Positions 1-9,287 of a DNA stretch of 64,000 bases are shown piece after piece. The stretch is from a bacterium (lineage in GTDB: Bacteria; Patescibacteriota; CPR2; UBA1875; CAIMLA01), in assembly GCA_037129835.1 (NCBI GenBank), contig JBAXUE010000002.1, positions 66,334 through 130,333 on the forward strand, in the 5' to 3' direction. A program made the position numbers and the translations under genes. Under the pieces are notes generated by a model. It did not search any database and was not told the DNA's origin. It worked only from the letters and a program-made list of their open reading frames with translations. The stretch's first letter is position 1. Each line of letters begins with the position of its first letter.

Positions 1-953
1 GTAGCATTGTAATTCTTCTTTTGGTTTTTGTACCGGGACTTAAGTTTTCTCATAATGGTGCCTCGCGATGGATTAATATTTTTGGGATTCAGTTTCAGCC
101 TTCAGAACTGATGAAAATTAGTATGATTATATTTTTAGCGAGCTGGCTCGAAAAAAGAAAAAATGAAATCGGAGATTTTCAAAAAGTGGTAGTACCATTT
201 GCCGGTATCGTTATTTTAGTACTCGGCCTGATATTAATCGAACCAGATATGGGAACAGCTACGGTTCTTGCGCTTACAGCAGGGGTAATGTTTTTTGTAG
301 CTGGGTCCAAAATGTCACATGTTTTCGCAGCAGTGGGTACCGCTATCGGAGGAGTAATTGTTTTAATAGCTGCCGCTCCCTATAGAATGGCCAGGTTTAC
401 TATCTTCTTAAACCCTACAGCAGATAAGTCTGGTAGTGGTTATCAAATTTCGCAAGCGCTGGTGGCAATTGGAAGTGGCGGTTTGTTTGGGCTTGGGTTC
501 GGCAGAAGTCGACAAAAATTCAATTATTTACCCGAGGCAGCTACAGATTCGATTTTTGCTGTTATCGCTGAAGAGCTTGGACTAATCATTTCCTGCGCCA
601 TCGTCTTTGTTTTTTTGCTTTTTGGCCTTCGTGGTTATAAAATATCTAGGGGAGCACCTGATATGTTTTCCAGGTTGGTAGCTACGGGGATAACTACTTG
701 GATTATTTCTCAGGCATTTATTAATATTTTAGCGATATTAAGCCTAATGCCCCTTACTGGGGTGCCTTTGCCATTTTTTAGTTATGGCGGCACATCATTA
801 ATGATGATTTTGGCTAGTTGTGGAATATTATTAAATATATCAAAATCTGCAAATCAAGGAGGAAGCGATGAGAATAATAGTATCGGGCGGTGGAACTGGC
901 GGACATATTTCCCCAGTTTTAGCAGTAATAGGCGAATTACAAAAAAAAGATAG
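1..953 (+). CDS. ftsW: FtsW/RodA-family SEDS peptidoglycan glycosyltransferase (5' partial, runs off window start; listed ORF uses TTG at 21)
   Basis: Multi-TM protein with the SEDS C-terminal signature ...LTGVPLPFFSYGGTSL...; open frame reaches position 3; immediately precedes murG as in dcw clusters; 3' end overlaps murG by 86 nt. Confidence 0.8.
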   Translation, partial: SIVILLLVFVPGLKFSHNGASRWINIFGIQFQPSELMKISMIIFLASWLEKRKNEIGDFQKVVVPFAGIVILVLGLILIEPDMGTATVLALTAGVMFFVAGSKMSHVFAAVGTAIGGVIVLIAAAPYRMARFTIFLNPTADKSGSGYQISQALVAIGSGGLFGLGFGRSRQKFNYLPEAATDSIFAVIAEELGLIISCAIVFVFLLFGLRGYKISRGAPDMFSRLVATGITTWIISQAFINILAILSLMPLTGVPLPFFSYGGTSLMMILASCGILLNISKSANQGGSDENNSIGRWNWRTYFPSFSSNRRITKKR

Positions 954-2058
954 TTCAGTTGAAGTTTTATATATTGGTTCTTCGGAGGGGCTAGAGAGCA
1001 AGATTATCCCTCAAACTGGAATTAAATTTGTCGAAATTCATTCAGGTAAATTTCGTCGATATCACAAAAATAAAATATTAAATATTATTGATCCCACTAC
1101 TATTTATAAGAATTTTGTAGATCTTATCAAATTCAGTAGAGGTTACTTCGAGGCTAAAGAAATTATTTCAGAATATGATCCAGATGTTGTTTTTTGCAAA
1201 GGGGGATACGTTAGTTTCCCAGTCGGACTGGCGGCTTCTTCATTGAAATACCCTCTCGTTATCCATGAATCTGACAGTATTATGGGTATGGCAAATAAGG
1301 CGCTAGCTAAAAGGGCAGACAAGGTTTGCGTTTCATATCCGCTCAAAAACTTCACTGATGTTCCAAAAGATAAACTTGTTTATTCTGGTAATCCAGTCAG
1401 AGGAGATATTTTCGAGGGAGATAGAGGTAAGGCTGTAGAGGAATTTAGCCTTGTAAGGACGCTTCCGACACTTTTAATAATTGGGGGTAGCCAAGGTTCT
1501 CTGGTTATTAATCAAGTCGTTTCTGAGGCGCTTAGGAGTTTATTGAAAAGATATCAAATTATTCACGTATCGGGGGAAAGAGATTACGATTGGCTGAGTT
1601 TTCAAGCCGGCAAGCTACCAGAGGATGTAAAGGCGAACTATCATTTATATAATTTTCTTTCTGGAAGTCTCAAGCACGCATACAAAGTATCTGATTTGGT
1701 TATTTCTCGGGCGGGTAATAACGTGATTTCCGAACTTGCAGTACTTGGTAAGCCAACTATCTTAATTCCACTTCAGTCCTCTGCTAATGACCATCAGGTT
1801 TCAAATGCAAAGATTCTTTCTAGAATGGGTGCTGCTATGTTGGTCAAGCAGGACAGCCTAACAGCCCAATCGCTTGAGCGGAAAATAAATTATTTATTTG
1901 ATAATAAGGAAGAGCTAGATGGACTTGCTAGGAAAATTTCGGAATTATCAGCACCCGAAGCTTCTAAAATAGTAGCAGATATTATTAACGAAGAAGGAAA
2001 TAAGTTTATTCAAGAAACAAGCTATGAAGAAAATGAAAATAAGTCAGAGGAGAAATAA
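868..2058 (+). CDS. murG: MurG, UDP-GlcNAc:lipid I N-acetylglucosaminyltransferase
   Basis: N-terminal G-loop GGGTGGHISPVLAV; GT28 N and C domains; AAGGAGG Shine-Dalgarno 6 nt upstream of the ATG. Confidence 0.9.
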   Translation: MRIIVSGGGTGGHISPVLAVIGELQKKDSSVEVLYIGSSEGLESKIIPQTGIKFVEIHSGKFRRYHKNKILNIIDPTTIYKNFVDLIKFSRGYFEAKEIISEYDPDVVFCKGGYVSFPVGLAASSLKYPLVIHESDSIMGMANKALAKRADKVCVSYPLKNFTDVPKDKLVYSGNPVRGDIFEGDRGKAVEEFSLVRTLPTLLIIGGSQGSLVINQVVSEALRSLLKRYQIIHVSGERDYDWLSFQAGKLPEDVKANYHLYNFLSGSLKHAYKVSDLVISRAGNNVISELAVLGKPTILIPLQSSANDHQVSNAKILSRMGAAMLVKQDSLTAQSLERKINYLFDNKEELDGLARKISELSAPEASKIVADIINEEGNKFIQETSYEENENKSEEK

Positions 2059-2845
2059 TTCACGAAATATTCGAAGGGCTGTTCGTCAACCTTCTCTATA
2101 TTCAAGGACAGAAGAGCCAGCTCCTAAGCCATTCTCTTTCCGTTGGATAATTATCTTCGTTATTTTGTTGTTAATAACTGGGATTATATTTTTAGTATTT
2201 ATTTCTGACGTATTTAGGGTTAATAATGTGGTTTTTTCTCCTACGAAATACATTAGTAGGGAAGAGTTGGAAAAAACTAAGAATAATAATCAGACACTTT
2301 TTGATAATAATATTATTTCTTTTGGCTTTTTTGGTCTGGCGGGAAAGCTTGAGAAAGTGACTGGAGTTTCTAAAATTTCTGTTATTAGAAAAAGCAACCA
2401 TGACATCTATGTAAATATAAAGGAAGAATATCCTCTCTTGGTTTGGCAGACGATGAATAAAAAATATTTGGTCAATAACGATGGAATTATCTGGGCTAAT
2501 TTTGAAGATAAATATGCCAGTGTCCCGATTATAATTGATACCAAGAATGTACCCGTAGAACTGAACTCAAAGGTAATTCCGGGTACCTTTATCTCTTTTA
2601 TTACTGAACTACAGAATAATTTTCCAAAGAAAACCGCTAATACAATTATAAAAATGGAAGTTTTGGATATAATCAGCGATCTTAGGGTCACTACCAAAGC
2701 TGGCTGGTGCGTTTATTTTGATACATCGAGAACTGCCGGTAACCAGATCATAAGCTTGGGCAGAGTTCTAACCGAAGTCGCTGCTAAAAAGCAACCACTT
2801 GAATATGTCGATCTTCGGGTCAGAGACAGAATATTTTATAAGTAG
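2024..2845 (+). CDS. FtsQ/DivIB-like cell-division protein (basic N-terminus, single TM, POTRA-like)
   Basis: Basic cytoplasmic N-terminus, one TM (WIIIFVILLLITGIIFLVFI), periplasmic domain; canonical position after murG; call rests on position and topology only. Confidence 0.5.
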   Translation: MKKMKISQRRNNSRNIRRAVRQPSLYSRTEEPAPKPFSFRWIIIFVILLLITGIIFLVFISDVFRVNNVVFSPTKYISREELEKTKNNNQTLFDNNIISFGFFGLAGKLEKVTGVSKISVIRKSNHDIYVNIKEEYPLLVWQTMNKKYLVNNDGIIWANFEDKYASVPIIIDTKNVPVELNSKVIPGTFISFITELQNNFPKKTANTIIKMEVLDIISDLRVTTKAGWCVYFDTSRTAGNQIISLGRVLTEVAAKKQPLEYVDLRVRDRIFYK

Positions 2846-2955
2846 GTTCGATGCTCGCTTCGGGGGAGAGGACCACAATATTTGTATAATAATTTATTAA
2901 TATTAATAAATTAACTTCTAGGTATAAACGTATAAATGCCATAATGTTAATTTAA

Positions 2956-2993
2956 CTAATTATTTGATAATAATACAATTATCAAATAATTAG
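2956..2993. repeat. Perfect 16-bp inverted repeat ctaattatttgataat / attatcaaataattag with 6-nt spacer
   Basis: Read directly from sequence; AT-rich palindrome in the convergent ftsQ / T4SS-ATPase intergenic region. Confidence 0.6.
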
Positions 2994-2999
2994 TATTTT

Positions 3000-3028
3000 A
3001 CAGTTCAAATAATATATTATGTTAAACT
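3000..3028. promoter_or_regulatory. Candidate dif (XerC/XerD) recombination site
   Basis: ACAGTTCAAATAATATATTATGTTAAACT: XerD arm TTATGTTAAAC is 10/11 to E. coli dif TTATGTTAAAT; spacer AATATA vs TGTATA; also resembles the Firmicutes dif ...AATATATATTATGTAAACT; lies in a convergent intergenic region. Confidence 0.45.
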
Positions 3029-3179
3029 ATACATTTAACAATTTACTTGCAAAGAAAACTCCAGCCACATACTGCAGAGCTATTACAGATACAGAATAAC
3101 TTTCTCCAATATTTAGGCTTTGCAAAGATATAAACGATGTATTTTTATCGTTTTCTATGACCACTTACACCCCCAAGTC

Positions 3180-3345
3180 GATATAATCAAATAGTCGTCC
3201 AAGATATATTGTGCGACACAATGCTTCAAGCAGTTCTGGTAGGTAAGGGTGAGGCTATGGTAGTCATCTAAGTATTTAATTAGGTCGACCCATACCGTTT
3301 AGACTTAGGGCGCAGAGAAAAAAGGGGGAACTTCTTTTACTTTAT
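3180..3345. other. GC-rich structured noncoding block (possible small RNA) in a 610-bp intergenic region
   Basis: Local GC far above the flanking AT-rich spacer; TATAAT at 3182-3187 with a weak -35; tgtgcgacaca hairpin; no ORF; RNA family not recognisable. Confidence 0.2.
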
Positions 3346-3456
3346 AATGTAACAATTCTATTGTATTTTGATTAAGTAATTGAGTATTTTAAAAATAATC
3401 CCCCCAAAAAAAATTGGATATAATTTGTAATCATAAACGATAACTTAATATATTAA

Positions 3457-6453
3457 TTAAAACCGGATTTCTTCGCCTGGCTTTATCTCTTTAGTACTAC
3501 TGATGATTATTTTTTCATGTGGAAGTATCGTGGTTATGTCTTTAAAGTCACTAGGAGCTATCTCTCGTTGCTTTTTGTCGCTATGAGTACTGTTTGTATG
3601 TATTGTACTCGGTTTCGCCACTGTGACGATGATTTCTTTTATCTCAGTCTTTGTCTCCAATTTTGGTTTTTCAATGGGGGAATCCAGCTTCTTGGGTTCT
3701 ATATTTTTTGTATTTTCGGTAATTGCCTGTTTTAACTTATCTGCCAGCTGAGTGTTATCGTTTTTTACTTCACTCTTTCCCCTATTTAAATTTGAATTAG
3801 AACGAGAATTTGTGTTCTTTTCTTTATTGTTACTATTAAATTTGTTTTTACTTCTCTCATTATTGTCGTTATGATCATTACTACTATTATTGGAAATATT
3901 GGTATTACCGCTAGCGCTAGGTTTTTCTTTATCTGGTTGCGGAGTAACCATTTCTTTGTTAGCAGGTGGAATGTAATTAGGATTTGTAATAGGTCTATCG
4001 CCTTCGTTGGCATTCACGCCAGCGATTACCGAATCGATATTGTACCATTTCCGAATATCGTCTTCTACTTTCTTTTTTGGAGTACCGTATTTTTTTCGCG
4101 AAATAGCAATTACTATGCTCGTTAGATCTTCCGTTGGCTCTGCAGAGGGAATACTTTTTGCTGAGAATGGTGAGCTATTTACTCCATTTACTGGCATATT
4201 AAGGTATAAATGCCGATTGTCTAGATTGATAAGGTCATTCTGTGAAAATATAGGCTCAAATTCTTTTTCTAGAAAGCTAGCATCTGTTGCGCCCACCCTA
4301 AATGATATCAGAGTACCTACGTTGCCAAATACCGCGTCTCTAACCTCTTCCTCCATCTGTGCAACGTATTGGTTGGCCACAGCTAGGGAAAGATGGTATT
4401 TTCGGGCTTCAGAAAGAATGGTTCCAAAGGATTCTGTGGCAAAATTTTGAAACTCATCAACGTAAAGATAGAAGTCTTTCCTCTCTGATTCAGGAATAAA
4501 CGCTCTTTGCATGGCAGCGAGCTGGATTTTTGTGATTATTAATGAGCCAAGAAGTTCTGAGTTTATCTCCCCTATTTTGCCCGTTGATAGATCTACTAGT
4601 AATATTTTTCCCGTATCCATTATTTCTGAAAAGTTAACAGTGCTTTTTGGTTGACCAACAATATTGCGAATAGTTTCTGAAGCTGTAAATTGGCCAACTT
4701 TATTAAGAATAGGCGCTACAGTCTCAGTAGCCATTTTATCATTATAGGTAGAAAACTCTTTGAGCCAGAACATCTGTACTACTGGGTCAGTTACTTGGCT
4801 AACTACATTTTTGCGATAATTTTTATCGGTTAGCATTCTGACAATACCTAGCATAGTAGAGCCCTCAACTTCTGCTAGCGCTAGTACCGTGTGATTTAAG
4901 ACATATTCTAGCCTTGGCCCCCAGGAGAACCCAAACATTCTCTTCAGTACTGATATAAAGCCCTTTGCAGTCTCTTCACGCATTCCAGGGGGGCTTTCCA
5001 GGGGATTAAAACCTAGGGGAAACTCTTTATCAGAGGGGTTAAGATAAATAACATCATCTAGGCGCTCTTTGGGGATAAATTTAAGAATATTATCTATAGC
5101 CTCTCCATGAGGATCAATAAAGGCTACACCCTCCCCTCTTTGGATATCTTGTATCGCTAAACCTTCAAGAAGCCTAGACTTTCCTACTCCAGTTTTCCCG
5201 ATTATGTACATATGTCTTCGTCTATCATCTCTTTTGATCCCGAACAGTTTATCGCTATTTCGGAAAGTTGTAATCGCAAGGGGTGAAATGTCTTTATCGT
5301 TAATGTTTTCATCAGTAATGAAGGGCAAGCTTGATGGTGGTTCGCCTTTTTTCGAAGATGTCCATACGATATTGGGCGTTTCTACCGAAACATGTGGCAA
5401 GTGATATAAACTTGCAAGTTCTTCAATATTAAGATCATAGCCCTTGTCATTAAATAGTCTTGCCCGATAAGCGTTTAAGAATTCTTCACTTGTAAATAAA
5501 CCCTTCCCAGTAAAGCCATTTAAGTTTGTTGTATTAAATTGTTTAAAAGCACCAACAACGGCTTGAATTTTATCGGTAGCCTTTTCTCTGGACTTAGAAA
5601 GATATACAACCCTTATCATGACGCGATACCCGAGTTTGGCGCTCTTGTCTTCAATGGCTGTTAACTCAGTTTCTTCTGCATGAGAAAGTTTAGGCGCCTC
5701 AGGCTTAGCATCTTTTTTAGCTTCTACGGGTGCAACATTGAGCGCATTGAATATAAAATCTAGAGGGAGGGTGCCGGAGTTGGGTTTTATGGTTTTTTTA
5801 GACGCGATATATGAAAGAGCTTTTTTCCTCCAGTCGTCATTTTCTGGTTTTGCGAGTATTTGAATCCAAATTTGTTCATTTGGCTCATTGGTCATAGAAA
5901 GCATGCCCGTAATTCCTGCCAGCGGGTCAACATCAAAGTTCAAAAAAGTTTTTATTGGGTAAATATCATCTTTTGTAAGAAGTAATTCTGTTCCCGCAAT
6001 AGCATCTGGATTTTTATCACCGTCTACATCGGTTGTTTTTGAGTAGTCATTAACCACTGATATTTCCGCAGTCGGATATTGAGCATAGACTTGACCTTCT
6101 ACAAATTCTTTAATCTTCTTGGGCACCCAGATGAAAAATTCTATAGAATTTAACGTAGAGACGATTTCAAGGCTGAAATGTTCTTGTACGGTGGTTCCCT
6201 TTTTTTGTTCGCTTTTTGAATGAAGAATACCGTGTAGGGCTGCGAACATCATTTCTGCTGCCACAGGGCCTTTCTCATTATTTTTAGGTATTTTTATTGA
6301 TAAGACAGTATGTTCAATTTCGTTTACGTATGAAGCTTTTTTAAAATTTTTCCATGAAAAAAATAGAACTAGTGGTACTATAAACCACCAAGTCCAAACT
6401 ACAACACTCCACATTCCTCCAAGTATCGCTAAGCTAAGTTCCTGCAAAAACAT
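3457..6453 (-). CDS. Membrane-anchored FtsK/HerA-superfamily ATPase of the type IV secretion/conjugation type (TraD/VirD4 coupling-protein-like or VirB4-like), with a roughly 200-aa low-complexity N/S/K-rich C-terminal tail
   Basis: Two N-terminal TM helices; Walker A IIGKTGVGKS followed by FIDPHGE (T4CP-like DPxGE); Walker B YLYVDEFQNF; ...EARKYHLSLAVANQ...; disordered tail NTNISNNSSNDHNDNN... Confidence 0.6.
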   Translation of the reverse strand: MFLQELSLAILGGMWSVVVWTWWFIVPLVLFFSWKNFKKASYVNEIEHTVLSIKIPKNNEKGPVAAEMMFAALHGILHSKSEQKKGTTVQEHFSLEIVSTLNSIEFFIWVPKKIKEFVEGQVYAQYPTAEISVVNDYSKTTDVDGDKNPDAIAGTELLLTKDDIYPIKTFLNFDVDPLAGITGMLSMTNEPNEQIWIQILAKPENDDWRKKALSYIASKKTIKPNSGTLPLDFIFNALNVAPVEAKKDAKPEAPKLSHAEETELTAIEDKSAKLGYRVMIRVVYLSKSREKATDKIQAVVGAFKQFNTTNLNGFTGKGLFTSEEFLNAYRARLFNDKGYDLNIEELASLYHLPHVSVETPNIVWTSSKKGEPPSSLPFITDENINDKDISPLAITTFRNSDKLFGIKRDDRRRHMYIIGKTGVGKSRLLEGLAIQDIQRGEGVAFIDPHGEAIDNILKFIPKERLDDVIYLNPSDKEFPLGFNPLESPPGMREETAKGFISVLKRMFGFSWGPRLEYVLNHTVLALAEVEGSTMLGIVRMLTDKNYRKNVVSQVTDPVVQMFWLKEFSTYNDKMATETVAPILNKVGQFTASETIRNIVGQPKSTVNFSEIMDTGKILLVDLSTGKIGEINSELLGSLIITKIQLAAMQRAFIPESERKDFYLYVDEFQNFATESFGTILSEARKYHLSLAVANQYVAQMEEEVRDAVFGNVGTLISFRVGATDASFLEKEFEPIFSQNDLINLDNRHLYLNMPVNGVNSSPFSAKSIPSAEPTEDLTSIVIAISRKKYGTPKKKVEDDIRKWYNIDSVIAGVNANEGDRPITNPNYIPPANKEMVTPQPDKEKPSASGNTNISNNSSNDHNDNNERSKNKFNSNNKEKNTNSRSNSNLNRGKSEVKNDNTQLADKLKQAITENTKNIEPKKLDSPIEKPKLETKTEIKEIIVTVAKPSTIHTNSTHSDKKQREIAPSDFKDITTILPHEKIIISSTKEIKPGEEIRF

Positions 6454-7553
6454 TATTCCCTCCCGTTAGAAATGGTATAAGTAGCCCGAGATATTCGCCT
6501 AAATCGATCTCTTTGGAGATTGAGTAATATCGTCGTTTCTTTTACAACCCTTCGTTTCAATACCTCTATTATAATATCGTCTTTATGCATAGGTTCGCCA
6601 GATGTAATTAATATTTCTGCTATTACATCCTCTACCACGCCAGAAGTATAACCCCACTCCTTGAGCGCATAGATACCTCGACCGATTAAAATAAATCTGT
6701 CATCACGTATAAGTTCATTGTGTACGGCTTGTCTGGTAACGGTTTTTTTCTTAGTTCCAACATCTTGAATCTTTTTTGATATTTCAGAATAATGAAGAGG
6801 TTTTTTGTGTTTCTTTAAGATGTAATATGTTTTATCCTTAATACTTTTAGGATTAATTTCACGCCATTTGGTAAGGCCGAAGTGTCCTGCTTCGGTTTTG
6901 ATGATTTCCTTAGCGGTCGATAATATCGCGATAATATTTTTAGTATCTGTATTTGCTTCAGGGATAGTCATTTTTATTTCTCGTATAAGCTTTACTTCTT
7001 CTATGGGATTTTGTTCTTTTTCGAGGATACTAATAGCTGCAGCACTAATCGTTTTAATTAAGGGTATTGTAATTGGTTCGACAAAATACGATTTTTTAAA
7101 GTTATCAGCGTCAGAGAGCGTTGAGATGTTGTTACTGCAAGAGATCAAAAAACTTAGTTGATATCGTTGTTTTGTAGTAACCACAGCGGTGAAAATATCC
7201 TTTTCTAGGTCGCCAGAAACGATGATGCCACCGTTATTGATTATAATATCTTTAATGATTATATATATTTCTTGAGCTCGCATGTCGGTTTTGCCGAAGT
7301 CGCGAAGCTTACCAATGGCGTTCTTCTCTATTTGTCGTACGCGTTCCCTAGTAATGCCTAGACTCTTACCTATTTCTTCGAGAGTTTTTGGTTTTAGGCC
7401 ATCAACACCAAAGCGTTCGCTCAACACTTGTCTTTCGCGATCTTTTTTTATTTTTGCAGAATTCAAAAAAAAATTAACCTCGTCTGTTGCATTAAATTTT
7501 GCAACCGAAGGTATCTCTACTGTATTCGTGTTTTTTTCTTGTTTTCTAGGCAT
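6453..7553 (-). CDS. DNA-binding protein: N-terminal sigma-70 region-4-like HTH plus C-terminal HARE-HTH-like domain
   Basis: [27 protein letters not shown] matches the sigma70 r4 HTH; C-terminus [12 protein letters not shown]... resembles the HARE-HTH of RNAP delta; stop overlaps the start of the downstream ATPase (translational coupling). Confidence 0.5.
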   Translation of the reverse strand: MPRKQEKNTNTVEIPSVAKFNATDEVNFFLNSAKIKKDRERQVLSERFGVDGLKPKTLEEIGKSLGITRERVRQIEKNAIGKLRDFGKTDMRAQEIYIIIKDIIINNGGIIVSGDLEKDIFTAVVTTKQRYQLSFLISCSNNISTLSDADNFKKSYFVEPITIPLIKTISAAAISILEKEQNPIEEVKLIREIKMTIPEANTDTKNIIAILSTAKEIIKTEAGHFGLTKWREINPKSIKDKTYYILKKHKKPLHYSEISKKIQDVGTKKKTVTRQAVHNELIRDDRFILIGRGIYALKEWGYTSGVVEDVIAEILITSGEPMHKDDIIIEVLKRRVVKETTILLNLQRDRFRRISRATYTISNGRE

Positions 7554-7613
7554 AATTCGTAATACGATTATAGCATAAAATAGCCTGTTGTGTCAACTTA
7601 TTTGCCTATAGCG

Positions 7614-8462
7614 TTATTTTATGAATATATCTATTAAAGTGCCCGCAACGGTGCTGATAACCACCAGAATCAGGGCTATTTGTGCGAGATTTTTCCACTT
7701 AATGCCTCTAGCTGCTAGAACGACGAAGACCTCTCCACCAGCGGCAGAAAGTCCAGCTACTACGGCGCCAAAGGTAATGATTTTTTCAATATATAGAGTC
7801 GCTATCGCTATAGAGGTGCCACAACCTGGTATCAACCCCACTAATGACGCAAGGAAAGGCTGTAGCCATAAAATATTCGCAAAAAAGTCGTTTAAAAAAG
7901 TCATTGTATAGGTGTCTTGAATATAATTAAAAATAGCAAGCGTGATAAATACAATAAAGACCACTCGGATAGCATGTTTGATGGCATGTATGATCTCGCC
8001 TTTCAGGCCATCATGGTGCGGATGTTGTGCGCAACAAAACTCTATTTCTTTTTCAATTTTGGTTCTGCGTATCTTAAATCCAGGGAAGAAGTCTACTAGG
8101 TAGCCAGCCGTTATGGCTATAATTAGCTTAGCCAGTAAAATCGGTATAAACTTTTCTATCCCAAGCGGTATAAATACATATATCGCTTCGTCAGAGATAG
8201 CAATAATCGCGGCTACCAAGGTTCCTAGGGTCGCTATCCCTTCCGTAAACAATATCGCTATTACAACAGCTACATTACATCCGGGAAGCATTCCGAAAAG
8301 TGCAGCGAACAGAGGCATCATTTTCTTGGATTTTTCGAGTTTATGTTCAACCTTATGTCCGTATCGATGATTAAAATAATCAACAATCACAAAGATAGGC
8401 AGGATTATTACTCCTACTCTTAGCGCAGTTTTTGCTGCTTCTATTATTGGTTCCCAATTCAT
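7614..8462 (-). CDS. Polytopic membrane protein with internal duplication (two PGC-containing halves, His-rich linker HPHHDG); possible metal/ion transporter
   Basis: Hydrophobic throughout; repeated ...LPGCNVAVVIAI... / ...LIPGCGTSIAIA... halves; family not confidently identified. Confidence 0.4.
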   Translation of the reverse strand: MNWEPIIEAAKTALRVGVIILPIFVIVDYFNHRYGHKVEHKLEKSKKMMPLFAALFGMLPGCNVAVVIAILFTEGIATLGTLVAAIIAISDEAIYVFIPLGIEKFIPILLAKLIIAITAGYLVDFFPGFKIRRTKIEKEIEFCCAQHPHHDGLKGEIIHAIKHAIRVVFIVFITLAIFNYIQDTYTMTFLNDFFANILWLQPFLASLVGLIPGCGTSIAIATLYIEKIITFGAVVAGLSAAGGEVFVVLAARGIKWKNLAQIALILVVISTVAGTLIDIFIK

Positions 8463-8477
8463 TAGGTTATTTTACCA

Positions 8478-9287
8478 CTATTTAAACAATCTTTTATAAT
8501 TTAGCCAGCTAGAAAGTTCGCTTTCATTTTGAATGTATCCACGATATTCTATATTTTCTCCGAGATGTATGCCTAGGTGCAGGTGTTTTCTCTCCCCCCC
8601 ACTATTAGTACTGTAGGCTGGTGCCAAATTTGCTATTAAACTTTTTTTGTTTAAAATGTCGTTAACTTTTAGGTTTGATGAAGCAATATCAAGATGACCG
8701 TAAAGCACGGTTACTACTTGTTCTCCCACGTTGCAATCTTGGATAACAGCTCCTCCATATCCTTCTATTGGTCCGATTAGACGTATTTTTCCGTTACATA
8801 TTGCGGTTATTGGCACCGCGATATCTGCCTCATTAGATAGCGTTTCAAAATCAATGCCGGTATGAAATCCTATAAAATTCTCGGGCTGTATTGGTGATTC
8901 AGTAGGCGTGACATAGATTCCAAAAGGTTTTTTTGTTATTCTGGATAAAGAATTTGAGATGGGTTCGCCTAATGTCCCTATATTCGATGTCGTCGTCGGT
9001 ATTGGTGTAGGCGTTGGCGTTAACATCGGCGTCACACTAGGAGAAGATTTTGCATTAATGCTTCGTTGTAAATATACCCTACCTTTTACGACGCATTTTC
9101 GTGGATTGCTCATCTGAACTGGGATGCCAGCCTTTATACAACTTTCATAACTATTTATTTGGCTTAAGGTAAATTGTTTATATGCGTATACTAGAACAAT
9201 AAATATAATAAAAATTATTAATAATAAAAAATAATATATTCGCTTATTGTGTATCTTAATTCGTAAAAATTTACGTTTCCTATACAT
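8478..9287 (-). CDS. M23-family peptidoglycan metalloendopeptidase, membrane anchored
   Basis: N-terminal TM; HTGIDF ... LYGHL ... HLHLGIH motifs of LytM/M23; Thr/Pro-rich linker. Confidence 0.7.
   Translation of the reverse strand: MYRKRKFLRIKIHNKRIYYFLLLIIFIIFIVLVYAYKQFTLSQINSYESCIKAGIPVQMSNPRKCVVKGRVYLQRSINAKSSPSVTPMLTPTPTPIPTTTSNIGTLGEPISNSLSRITKKPFGIYVTPTESPIQPENFIGFHTGIDFETLSNEADIAVPITAICNGKIRLIGPIEGYGGAVIQDCNVGEQVVTVLYGHLDIASSNLKVNDILNKKSLIANLAPAYSTNSGGERKHLHLGIHLGENIEYRGYIQNESELSSWLNYKRLFK

Noticed and set aside
1143-1355. Many short ORFs (60-150 aa) on the strand opposite long genes, e.g. 1143-1355, 3517-4450, 6868-7578, 7621-8370, 16604-17077, 18089-18838, 40494-41654, 52568-53257, 54139-54703, 60233-61018
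   Set aside because: They are fully embedded antisense in well-supported genes. They have low-complexity translations and no SD sites. They are treated as non-coding frame noise.
3457-6453. Calling the 998-aa ATPase FtsK on the basis of the adjacent dif-like site
   Set aside because: It has only two N-terminal TMs. It has no gamma (KOPS-binding winged-helix) domain; a low-complexity tail sits in its place. Its DPxGE and DEFQNF motifs are closer to T4SS coupling/VirB4-type ATPases. The adjacency to dif may be coincidental.
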